Assembly (NCBI GenBank): GCA_051362555.1
Contig: CM120641.1
Coordinates: 868,001 to 932,000 of the forward strand
Length of the DNA stretch: 64,000 bases
Reading direction: 5' to 3'
Source of the DNA: Lingula anatina
Taxonomy: Eukaryota; Animalia; Brachiopoda
The notes under the pieces were generated by a model. The model ran no database searches. It saw only the letters and a program-made list of their open reading frames with translations, and was not told the DNA's origin. The position numbers and the translations under genes are program-made. Within the stretch, counting starts at the first letter, position 1, and each line of letters starts with the position of its first letter. Of this stretch, positions 39,583 to 50,403 are shown one piece after another.

Positions 39583-42500
39583 TGACACAATACTTCACAA
39601 ATACAGTATATATGTAGTACAAAAAAGAAAACTACAGTCACTCCCACTCTCACACTTAAGAGAAAATATACTATGTTATATTAATTAAATTTTTTATGGT
39701 ACGTTAAACATTCAGGTTGATAAGGAATTGATAACATTTGAAGTGTACCAGAGTGACTTATCTATTTTTATCACAATTTTTTAATTTTTATTTAAATAAA
39801 GGCTCCTGCACACACTCACACATACCCAACCTCACACACACTAGCACGTACACCCTATTTATATACAAACAAATATATACAGATTTCTATACATGTATAA
39901 TTAGAAGTAAACTAATAAGTAATAAAAAGTAAAAAAGACAAACTGAAACAATAACTATATGTTTTGATTTGCTATACTCATTAAAGTAGATTTAAGTTCC
40001 GGTTTAAGTAGCAATCTAGAATTTAATTTTGTACTTTTGAAAATAAAAAATTTAGAATGAAGAATTACAAGGTTTTTAACTTTATCGCTACTTCCAAAAA
40101 TGAGATCAGATGGCAGTATTTTGAAGACATTTCCTGTAATTTGACTTAACCATAGTTCAACCTCTGTCCAGAAAAGCTTCACTAATTCACAGTCCATAAA
40201 TAGATGCTTTATCGTTTCAGCCTGTTTGTTGCACAAACTACAAAGAGGATTCTCGATCATATGGTATTTAAACAGCAACTCTTTGGTACCCAAAATTCTG
40301 TGGATTATTCTGAAATTAAACCATTTCAATCTTATTTCTTTAACTTTAACCAGGGCATTGGTATACGTTAGTTGCCAGTCTATTTTGATACCTAACTCTT
40401 GTTCCCATTTTTCTTCACATTTTGGTCTCTGACCGAGACTTTTTATGCAAATGTCATATATGCTTCTACATCCTTTTTTATCGTTACATAATGTTTTAAC
40501 TGGGTTAGAGATCTGCGGTAATGGCAACATAACGTTAGCATTCAGAAGTCTAAGCACAGGGTAGGCACCAAAGGTTGCTTGCCTTAATCCATAATACAGA
40601 GTAAAAGGAATCTGAATTTCAAACTCTTCTACAAAATAGTCAAATGATAGGAATTTCCCTTCGCTGTTAAATAAATCTTGGATAATATGGAAACCTTTGT
40701 CATACAAATTCTTATAAAAAATTCTTCTGCCATCTGATAATACAGCAGGATTATACCAGATTGGAGTTCTGAGAATGACATCGAGACTATTACTTGCCAT
40801 TTTTTCTGAATATTCTGAAAAGTATATTAAGATTTCTCTCCAAAAAGAATTGCGAATTTTAGATATTTCCTTTGCATAAGTTGGTCCAAACTGAGTCAAT
40901 CTCTGAACATCCGATCCAGTGGCTTCAGCAAAAAGTTTATTTGTTATTTTATCAGAGGTTATCAATCTGCGAATCCAGGAAATTTTTAGCGCCCTCACAA
41001 AGGATTCTAAATGTATCATACGGCAACCTCCCTGTTTATAGTCCTGAATAAGTGTTTTACGGGCAACTTTTTCTGTTTTACCGTGCCAAATAAATTTGAA
41101 TAGCATATTTTGTAAATTTTGCAGCCACTCTTTGGTAGGGCTCGGAAGAGAGAGCAGTAGGTGTGTTATTTTTGAAATAATTAAAGACTTCACTACAGTA
41201 ATCTTACCTAAAGTAGTAATATTTCTTTTTCCCCACCGATACATTTCTAATTCTATTTGCTGAAGCTTGCTGGTATAATTCAACTCATTCATTTGTTCTA
41301 AATCAGCTGTGAAAACTATACCTAATATATTAAAAGGGTTGTTAGTCCATTTAAGATTGTTATCTTTACAGATAATTTCTCTACTGTTGGCCTTTGAACC
41401 AATCCATATGGCTTTAGTCTTACTAATATTGGGCTTAAGCCCCGAGTACTTGGAAAACTGAAACAGTAAGTCGAGTGCACTCTTTAAACTTTTCTCTGAG
41501 CCATCTAAAAAAAGCACTGTGTCATCTGCGTACTGAGATAGTTTTACTTCCACCCTCCCCAAGTTTATTCCTGTTATGTTATTGTTTTGTCTTATAAGAA
41601 TAGCTAGGATCTCAACACATAAATTAAAAATGTAGGGTGATACAGGGTCTCCCTGTCTGCAGCCTCTGCCAATTTTAAAGAAATTAGAGAAAATACCATT
41701 TTGTATTACACATAATTCAGGATCATTATATAGAACATTTATCCATTTTTTAAAGTCATCACCAAAATTAAAAAACGAGAGAGTTTTTTTCATAAAATCC
41801 CAAGATATGCTATCAAATGCTTTAAGGAAATCTACTGAGAGTATCATTCCTGGGATTTTTTTATCTTTTGTAATTTGCAAAACATCATAAACAATTCTAG
41901 TATTCTCACCAATGAACCGTCCTTTCAAAAATCCCGTTTGATTTTCATGTATAAGCAAATGTAAAACTTTTTTTAATCTATTTGAAATACAAGCAGAGAG
42001 GATTTTATATGAGATGTTTAAGAGAGATATCGGCCTCCAATTTTCTAAAAATTCCCGTGGTTTATCCCCTTTGGGTAAAATTGAAATAACCCCTTGTTTC
42101 TGGGTAATGGACAAGTGACCTTTAGCAAACCCCTTATTATATGATCTCACAAGAAACGTTCCTATATCATTCCAGAAAAATTTAAAAAATTCGACCGAAA
42201 AACCGTCGGGGCCAGGTGATTTGTTGTTCTTCATACTTTTTAAGGCTATTAGAGCTTCCTGATAAGTAATTGTTCCCTCTAATTGCCTAGCCGTATTGTC
42301 ATCTAATATGTTTATTTTGTCTTTATCGATTATATTATTCCAATCAAAAATTTCAGAGTAGTTATCTTGTTTCGAGTAAAGATGGTTATAGAAATCTCTT
42401 ATTTCTTTCAAAATTTCTGCTTGATCGGTAATAATACGGCCTGTCTCCCTTATAATTTTCTTTACAGTTTTATTTACAAAAATTTCTTTTTTCCAGGGAT

Positions 42501-45500
42501 AAAAAATATTTAGTTGGTTTTTCCCCTTCCTCTGACCATTTTACTTTGGTTCTTATATAGACCCCTCTAATATGTTCATGTCTCATTTCTTCTTCCTCTA
42601 GTTTCAGAGTCTGGAGCTGGTTTTCTAAATTTGATGTGGGGTTATCTGTATACATGGAATATAATTTCTTAATTTTTTCAGCCAGGGTCTTCATTCTTAT
42701 ATTTTTCTCCTTTTTCTTTGCTGAACTATAGGCAATGGTATAGCCTCTAACCTGTAATAATATCTGTTCAAAAAATGCTTGCTCATCCACAAGAAAGTCC
42801 AGAACATTGTCACTAATTTTACATAACTCTGCTTTGTTATATGGACTGGCACAATATTGATATTTTAGATCCTCTATTATTTTCTTTACTCCTCTTATAT
42901 ACTCAAAATCTTTTAGAAGGCTGTTATTCATTTTCCAGAAACCTTTCCCTTTTTTCTGCTCAGAGAGAGTAAGTTTCAGGTGTATCATTGCGTGGTCTGT
43001 TCGGTATCCATAAGTTATCTCAGTTTGATCAACAAGATTCATGAGTTCGTTAGAAATAAGGAAAAAGTCAAGCCTAGCTCTTTTTACAGGGTTATTAGAG
43101 GACCAAGTGAATTGTTTCCTCTGTTCATGTTGAGCTCTCCATGGGTCTATCAAATTGAATTTAGTTTTCAGCCGTAAGAGAGCATCTCTTGCTTGGGGAT
43201 TATTAACACGTCTGTAATTATAATAATCTAAATCACTATCTTGAACTAGGTTAAAGTCCCCCATCATTATCACAAAGTGACCCTCAAAATCTTCTATGAT
43301 ATTTCCGAGGTGAACAAAAAATTCCGGGTCATCTTTGTTTGGTCCATATAAATTAATAAGTAAAACAGAGTAATTATTTTCAACTTCAATTTCGATAATC
43401 AAATAATTTCCATCTTTTCCGAACAACGTTCTCATTATTTTAAATTCAAAGTTATTGTTGAAAAGGATTGCCGTACCTCTTGAATTTGATTTGCCAGGGC
43501 TCAGAAGGGTTTTATATCCCCACAAGGAATGTACTTTTGATTTGTCCCTCTCTGTAAAGTGGGTATCTTGGATACAATATATTGAGTATTTCTGTTGTTT
43601 CAAATAGTTCAGGACGTCTCTTCTCTTTTGAGTACCTCCAAGACCCCTACAATTCAAACTAACGATATGCAAACTCATAGATTAAGTAACATTTTTGTGA
43701 ATTATAATACTTTCAAGTAATCCAGTACGCAGATGACATCCATAGATTGTGTATATCTATGGAATATATGGCTCATTATATCGGTGTAAAATATTTTGTA
43801 GAGTAAGTAAGTCCACATCACAGTTATACATGCAGATATCATGATAATATATTCATTCATATCTGGTGTAGTGCTCCAATTATGCATCACTTCACAAACA
43901 TACAACCCCATACATACATTAACCCACATGTCATTTGACCCTAAACATTGCTTGATCAGGATGCTCTCACCTATGAGGTTTGCATACATCACACATTCAT
44001 ACACATGACACTCACTCACATAGACAAAAATTTTGTTCGTAAAACAAAAAACAAAGTAAGATAACATAAATACAATCATCCCACACATTTCGAGTATCAG
44101 TACTTGCAGCATGTTCTGAAAATTGCGGTACCTAATGATCCCACAGAATATCAAATTGTAACATTGATAATATTTTGCATAATGTTAAGGATGAGCACCA
44201 ATTCAAAAAATATTTTTACAACATTAATATTTGAATGTTAGGGATCAGCACTCACCTTATCTTTATTGGTCTATGTAAAGGATATTCTGTACATACCAGT
44301 GAAAGCATTATGTGGGTTATTCTCCTTCCCAAAAACAAGGTTTATTGGAAGATAAGAAGAACCTTATGATTATTTCTCTATTAATCGTAAAGCATGAGAA
44401 GTAGTAACAATTGGGATCTACATGTGTACCTAGAAAATATGGAAGAAGAAAGTTTATAAACATAAAGTGATAAAGATATCCAAGCAATTACATTGCATTA
44501 TATCTAGGCACTCTAGGCTTTACATGTTAGAAAACAAAACATTAGTAATTTTTTCTCCTAATTGGACCTTTTCTTTTGTTTCAGTTTCTCCTCCAAATTA
44601 TCACATATGTCTACCTTTATTCTGTTTCCATTTTTTAACTGGCAGTATACATTGCAGTTAAAGAACCATGCACTTTCAACGTGCTCATGTTGTTTTAGTT
44701 TGTTCAAGAGAGTTAAGTTTTTTAATGTTATGTCATCATACAGACGTGCACCAGATTTCAGTTCTCTCTTTTTCCGCATGATTGTTCTCTTGATATCTGT
44801 GTTTCTAAGTTTTATGATCACTGGTCTTGGGGATCCTTGTTTACCGGGTATGCGATGTATTGCCTGGATATCAGTAGGCTCAATATTCAGTTTGGCTTCT
44901 TTTTGCAGCATATCAATAAAGATTTCTCTCAGGTTTTCCTCCTTTTTTTCTATTATGTTCAAGGCCCTTATATTAGTTTTCCTTGAGTACTGTTCATTAT
45001 GATTGCAAGAGCGCATGGTTTCTTTACTGTAGTAATCATTTTGTTTTAGCAGTTCATTCATTTTTTTCATTTCTTGGTCTTTCTTTCTCATGACTTCTTT
45101 CAACTGCTCATTTTCCATCTGAAGACTATCCACCTGATCTTGCAGTTTTGCAGCACGGGTCTCAGATTCCATTTTTAGACAGTCGAATTTCTGCATAAAT
45201 TTTGCATCCATTTCTGATACCATGTTATTAAGAAGTCTTTCAACCACCCTTGTTACTGTAATTTCCAAATCCTCTTTTCTAATAGTTTCTTTAATCTCAT
45301 TTTTTATTTCAGACAGCTCATGCATGAGCATTTGTAATTCTTCTGCACTGGAGTTTGCCACCTCCGAATGAGGTCTTTTAGGTGCTGAAGTTATTGTTTG
45401 TGTTTTGCTCTTTGTATTGTTGCTTGTGAGAAACCTGGACATGGTCCTGTCATCAGCCTTGGTAGGTTTCTGGGCCATGATAGCTTTGTAATCAGTAGGA

Positions 45501-48500
45501 GCTAGTGAGATGTCACAATAGTGCACAGTATATAGAAAGGCCCATTACCTATATGACTGTTACAGCTTCAGGGGGCCAATTATGTCTTTGACAATGACTA
45601 TTGCTGAGTAGCACTCTTTTATATAGCTACACTAGAGAACTGCTCAACCACCTATTTTCATGCATATACTTGCGTAAGTCCAAGCCTCCAGATTTAAAGT
45701 TCTTAGAAAATGTCACTTGCCTTTCATGATATATACCAGTGATGCCTACCACTACTTTCCAGAAACATTCATGAACATGTCTGCAAGACCTTAAATCTCA
45801 GGCATCTACATTTCTCACAATATTAGACACCAATGTGAGAGACTCTTTTCTTTTGCATGTCAGGTGTTACCTCGACCTTGACCTTCCTCGAATCTCTTTT
45901 TGGTACTCTTTGCTCTGCAGCTGTTGAAAAGTGAACACTTTATGGTCTTTTGTGAACTTGGTACCACGGTGTAATGGGGAGCACTCCTCACATAGGTAGT
46001 CATAACAGGTGATACATTTTGAAGTAGCCACTGTTTCAGTGTTAAAAGACAAGGCACAAAAGCTACATTTTTTCTGATGTGGTGACTGAAGTACAGTGTC
46101 CTGCAAGCTTTCAATGAAGAAATTGTGAATGAAACCCTCAAGTCCATCTTTAGGAACTTCAGTTTCTTTCTGACACACATGACATTGGAATTTACTTCCT
46201 GGTGTTAAGTCAGGAATATAGTCCTTCAGACAACCCTTACAAAATGTATGCCTACATGGTAAATCTGTCGGATCTTTGTATTCCTCAAGGCATAATGGAC
46301 AGCTGACAAAATGTTCTGCTATTTTGGCTTGTTGACTTTCTTTGCCATCTCTGCTTTCACGAGGTGTAGCCATATTGGGGGCGTGGAGTGAACTGTTCTA
46401 TGGTATGAAGAGCGGTTATCTTGTCTTATCAATAAACCAGTTGCAGGGAATGAACAATGAATCTATGTGTTGGACAGATTTATAATTGTTGTCTTATCAG
46501 TGACCCAGTTGGCATACTTTTAAGGCCACAACAGTATGTTTTATATTTCACTGTGTTTTATGATTCAAGCATATAATTAGGGTTTTGTGGGTTTTTAATT
46601 ACCTAATATTTTTTCAGTACTTAATATATTTAGAGGGAGAGTTAGAGTGTTATCAAATAAATACAACTCGTGATATGATAAAAATAAGCCTTTTTAGGAC
46701 AAAAGATATTATTTTATGATATTTCTGTATTTATATAATGAACAGTTTAAGGGCACTGTTTAAAAAGAGTGTGTTTGTGTGTATGTGCTTGTGTGATTTG
46801 TACACATATTTTACGTCACATGCAGGAGAATAAGTATTATTTGTTATTATCTTTCTCTCTTAAGGTAAAAGTTAAATATATGTTTACGTTATGTCTAGGC
46901 AGGTTTACAAGTCTTGGTTGTCCAATAATTTTTGTGTTCAGACAATGTTTTTTCACATTTTTAGCCACAACATTTGTCTGTGGTCACCGCTGCTCACTTT
47001 TCACTGCGAATGGAATAAATGAAAATGAAACTTAGAGGCTTTATATCCTCGAACCAGTCGCATTGTTTCATAGCACAGATTAAGTACAAATTGTATTTGA
47101 ACAAGTTATTTATTTATATGTATATAAAATAAGACCTTATATATATATGTTCTTTTTCTTAAACGACATTTTCACTCCAGTGAATAGAGTTTCTTAATTG
47201 TGACTGAAAAGTTAATACAGCTAGATTGAATAGCAGCTTTCTTGGAATATTTTTGTTATATTTTCTTTTTTCATTTTTCATCTTTCAAACATTTTTAAGA
47301 TGTGAATTTTCACTCCCATCCACCTGAAGTTCTGTACAAGTAACTTTTTTCTGTATTTCCATATAAACAAAAATAGTAATGGTGTTTATGCTGTTATGTA
47401 TTATTATTTTGTGTACTGTTATCATTTTTCACATATTCAGGCCTACCCAACTACCAGACTCGGCACCTAAGGATCCTGAATTAACCGGTATATCGGACCA
47501 CGCTACCCGTTTTAGAGGTGTGTGTCAGACCATGTGTTTTATGATGAAGGTCATGTTACTTATGTTGTAGGATTATTTACACTGTAACCTGGCAGAACTG
47601 TTGAACCACCATGTGTTTTATGATGAGGGTCATGTTACTGGGGAGGTACTCATAGAACTGGGCAGAGCTGAGACATTTGTGTTGAGATGTACCAGGAACC
47701 AACCAGGTGTGTGCTTAGTAATAGTTCACTGATGCTGAGAATGTTGGCTATATTTACTTTATTTTATACAATTATTTTGTATCAGACAGGTGTGACATTG
47801 CAGATGATACTGTCTTGTGAGAATTATCTTTTTGATCAGTGAATGCAGTTTACATGGCATTTAAAACCTCATCATGTTTCCTGTTCATCCCCAGGTACAG
47901 ACAACAGCAACCTGCCAGCTGAACACGGCTCCACTCTCTACAAGTTCCTTACACAACCTGACCATGTGGACCTGGAACATCTGAATTTAGAAACTTTACA
48001 GGTAAATTACTGTCTATGTCATACCATGTGGACCTTGAACATCTGAATTTAGAAACTTTACAGGTAAATTTATGTCATTATATGTTGTATCATGTGAACT
48101 CGGCATTTCCCAATATGATTGATATATGCCCACAGTCAAAACATTTCAATTGGTGGAAGTTAAAAAGTATGATATTTTCACAATTGACTTTATATTGGTC
48201 TGTCACTAACGTAGTTCTCTGTGAATCAAAATCAGGGGGAATTTTTTTGGTGTACCTGTACATTTTAAGCCTTTAACTCATAGATATTTTCATTTTAAAT
48301 ATTTGCTTATAGAAAGCCATGCGTCATATCCGCAAGTGTCAGAATGAGCTTCAGAAGGCAGTGGTCCATAGACACAGTGCCAGACAGGTGGTGGCAGAGC
48401 TACAACTGACAGCAGACTTACAGTTGGCAGCTTGTAGGTAAGGACTGTGTTCACTCGTTTTAACACAAATGTGTTGACTGCCTTTAGTATTGTTGCTCTA

Positions 48501-49175
48501 AAAGGACAGATCTTGGCAGAGCTACATATGGTAGACTAAGATATTTCAAAAATTGTAATGCTGTTTAACTCCATGCCTTTTGAACACCTGTACCGAGATT
48601 TTACATGTCTCTCTATTATATTAACATGTTTCTCTATTATATTTCACAGAATCGGTCGAGCCCTGGTGAGCGTTGGTCGTAACCCTAACACCCAGTCACC
48701 AGGTGGAGCTGGTTACTCTGTCATCAACCTGGGCATAGCTAACCTCACGCCTACAGCAAAGACTGACCTGGCCAACAGGTAACTACAATATGATGCTCAA
48801 ATTCTGTCACAAATATACTAAGGGGTTTAAAAAGAGAGACAAATGTTTATTTTCATAATGTTTTGTCTTATTGCTTTCTTATTATTAAATATGTATCCAT
48901 TTTTAATACGCTGTCGTTATTGTGCCAATTACATATTTTTCTCCCTTGAAATGCTGCAGAAATCTTGTTTATTGTGATCTTATGCACATTCCCTGTCTAG
49001 ACTAATACTGATGAATATTTGTGTACTACTAATTTTCAGACTCCTTGGCATGCTGGAGCAGTACCGCGTGGTATGGTACATGGGCAACATTCCTCATGGT
49101 TTGAATGAATCTCTTAATGTCCTCTCTACTATGCTGAAACAGTACCTTCCTGAGGAGACCCTCACTAGTGATTAA
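27068..49175 (+). CDS. Duplicated 3' half (8 exons) of the GH20-like gene: open frame but no own 5' exons; partial gene or alternative 3' exon block
   Basis: Exons 27068-27114, 27292-27333, 27590-27776, 47571-47706, 47895-48001, 48313-48437, 48650-48778, 49040-49175 (TAA). Lengths equal those of copy 1, GT-AG sites are intact, there are no stops, and the 3' UTR is also duplicated. Confidence 0.7.
28460..29920 (+). repeat. ~145-bp satellite with ~333-bp higher-order period, rich in AGGTCAAAGGTCA
   Basis: Unit AAAAGTAGGTCAAAGGTCAATTTAAAGGTCACACTTAGATTGCCAGT..TTCAAGTTCAATAG..GCCAGTTTTG. Near-identical blocks begin at ~28835, ~29168 and ~29501. Probably internal to a repeat element spanning ~28130-30320. 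Confidence 0.85.
31967..33910 (-). CDS. Intronless TRIM-NHL E3 ligase, copy 2, 647 aa
   Basis: Same RING/B-box/B-box/CC/NHL architecture as 7881-9833; intact ATG-to-stop ORF nested in intron 27777-47570. Confidence 0.93.
   Translation of the reverse strand: MATAHVSIDDDESQQAKIAEHFVSCPLCLEEYKDPTDLPCRHTFCKGCLKDYIPDLTPGSKFQCHVCQKETVVPKDGLEGFTHNFFIESLQDTVLQSPHMQKCSFCALSFNTETIATSKCITCYDYLCEKCSPLHCGTKFTKDHKVLTFQQLQSKEYQKEIQKQQKIFCPEHKDERIRYFCSDCNDPICRDCRDLYHDGHKLISLEKAAETVKPKLQTKSLGMQRKLATGERNLAKIDKTLANLQKNESCVQQQIKARAAHLRQLVDQREETLLQELHQTTSTNRNNLQISRKNCSATCSSIKNTTKIVKNILQHGAPIDVLMLQHQLGQRLDELQSTSAVEEMPEKVNLTFSTNTEVDQVISSGAGLGNVQISRQPALPKFKPQAECIKEFYGCWGLDDISVSPNREYVTTHSIDDKVKVFSSDGTLKKKITSVSDTQLKCPRGICHFPDGRMILSGTGNNKLFILSPQWEVQQTVDVSNPWGVALSSSCSKIAVAQGDEGSVSVFSIDIKGKITLTDVIKDKDGEQLFNEPYEVAYMSNGCLVVGDKTPNILYILAQSGDPLYKGPDNKLGEIHGVCVDAYDNILVIDHDNHCIHLLSPHGRFIQYIATEADGLIFPLGCTINQDGDLVAAQWTGKVKVFQYLEK
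34981..37269 (+). mobile_element. HINE / non-autonomous Helentron-like element, longest copy
   Basis: Same hairpin start and internal repeats as 19899. Terminal motif GTACATTTGACAGCTTTGCTGCCTTGTT at ~36628, ~37058 and ~37269. Confidence 0.6.
37615..37836 (+). pseudogene. Truncated tandem copies (x3, ~78-bp unit) of the acceptor and start of GH20 exon 21846/47571
   Basis: TATGTTGTAG|GATTATTTACACTGTAACCTGGCAGAACTGTTGAACCACCATG repeated; breaks off at the junction with the 3' flank of TRIM copy 3. Confidence 0.85.
39955..43678 (-). CDS. LINE ORF2 (APE endonuclease, RT, CCHC) split by one frameshift at ~42478-42482
   Basis: 42470-43678: SLNCRGL, IQDTH, NLYGPN, MGDFN, RLDFFL, TDH. 39955-42411: KSPGPDG, NWRPISLLN, DFLKAFDS, RQGDPVSP, YADD, CSLC..ETIKHLFMDC. 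Removing one T gives the continuous LEKRNFVNKTVKKIIRETGRIITDQAEILKEIR. Confidence 0.9.
44558..45526 (-). CDS. LINE ORF1 (coiled coil plus RRM-type RNA chaperone)
   Basis: Heptad-rich segment followed by EQYSRKTNIRALNI..E..ENL, IHRIPG..PRPVIIKL and LYDDIT; lies upstream of ORF2. The true start may be MAQKPT. Confidence 0.85.
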   Translation of the reverse strand: MHYCDISLAPTDYKAIMAQKPTKADDRTMSRFLTSNNTKSKTQTITSAPKRPHSEVANSSAEELQMLMHELSEIKNEIKETIRKEDLEITVTRVVERLLNNMVSEMDAKFMQKFDCLKMESETRAAKLQDQVDSLQMENEQLKEVMRKKDQEMKKMNELLKQNDYYSKETMRSCNHNEQYSRKTNIRALNIIEKKEENLREIFIDMLQKEAKLNIEPTDIQAIHRIPGKQGSPRPVIIKLRNTDIKRTIMRKKRELKSGARLYDDITLKNLTLLNKLKQHEHVESAWFFNCNVYCQLKNGNRIKVDICDNLEEKLKQKKRSN

Positions 49176-50403
49176 CTGGAAGACAGGAACTCCCCTGCAT
49201 CAAGTCTGAAGGAGTGGTCAAACCAAACCTGCTCTATTTATCTATTTATTTGAATTGGTTTGTCTACTAGTGCATTGACTTGAAGCACATGCCATATGTT
49301 TGTAGTGGGAATTTTCTTTCCTTTTCATTACATAGATATTCTTACAGAGATTTTTCATGTGGAGGGGTTTATCACTTCCACTTTGAATAAAATGGCAGCA
49401 TAAGGAAATGGCAGCTTTATAAATGAAAATAGAAAGATGGGAGCCAGAAACAGTATGCAGAGTAAAAAGGAAGGCTTCATTTATCATATGATATTGACTG
49501 ATTTGATTTTGTTAGTTACTATAATTTGGTAATTTGGGTTCAGACACTTGGGGATTTATTGGAATTCTGGCACTTTACTATAACTAAGGGGGTTTTGATG
49601 TGAAAATGTGGGTCAGATATAAATGGTATAAACAGCATGGCATTGTTAAAATGCCAGTGGGAGGGACCATAAATGTGAGGGAATTTTTAAAGGATTCGAC
49701 TTTATATTCTCTAATTATCCGTCGTTCAGATGATGTGATATATAAATATATATAATGGCTTGGGAATAAATGTTAAATTGATAACTTTAAAGCCTTTTTC
49801 TTAAGTGATTAGTGGTGCACAATTGATTCTATTACATATTGAAAAGTATATCAATGATACGTATACATGGTAAAAATAAATATTTATCTGATGGAGAAAT
49901 CTGGATGTTATTCCATTTATTTTTGATGGTCTTCATATAATTTTATTAAGGATACTTTTCCAATTACGTCACTAGTAAAATCTAAGTTAAATGAAGGAAT
50001 TGGTTCTCGAAATAGAGAGAAATCCATCATGTTTAGTGTCTGGAGTTTGTGCCACGTGAGTTATAGGATAAAATGATAAGACATTTTAAAATAATCTACT
50101 TCGGATATATATTTTTCTTCAACACAGTTTATTTTTTATTTTTAATTTCTCTTGCAAACAAAACTAGATATATATTTTATAAAATCAATTTTAAGAAACT
50201 TGCTTATTATCATGTTCTTAACTGGGATTTCTACTTCGAATTTTCAATTCATCTACAGTAAATGTGTTCTAGAATCTGACTCTACAAGGATGACGATCTA
50301 TACAATTTTTCAGGAACCAAGATCATCCATGTCGTTACAAAGAATGTAGTAACTAAAAAAAATTAATAAAATAATGAATAAATAAACAAAAGACTACACC
50401 CAG

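Larger units (their letters stand above)
39551..45886 (-). mobile_element. Apparently full-length L1/Tx1-clade LINE, ~6.3 kb, poly(A) tail, TSD up to 15 bp
   Basis: TSD CTCGAATCTCTTTTT at 39540-39554 and 45887-45901; AATAAA running into ~30 A at 39551-39583; ORF1, APE endonuclease, RT and CCHC are all present. Confidence 0.95.
38077..46373 (-). pseudogene. TRIM-NHL copy 3, interrupted between B-box1 and B-box2 by a LINE
   Basis: N-terminal part 45887-46373 (MATP..RING, B-box1..EYQKEIR) and C-terminal part 38077-39554 (KEIREQQKIFC..NHL..stop). Both are open and rejoin in frame when the LINE and one TSD copy are removed. Confidence 0.9.

Noticed and set aside
38077-39588. 503-aa ORF starting MSIKKKK as an independent gene
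   Set aside because: The start is a non-ATG codon in the LINE 3' end and the poly-Lys is the poly(A) tail; it is the C-terminal part of TRIM copy 3.
42470-42490. Programmed -1 frameshift at A AAT TTT between EN and RT
   Set aside because: A -1 slip hits an immediate TAA; restoring ORF2 needs +1, so an indel or sequencing error is more likely.
43702-44154. 150-aa ORF in the LINE spacer as a third ORF
   Set aside because: Composition reflects TG/AT-rich low-complexity DNA, with no motif.
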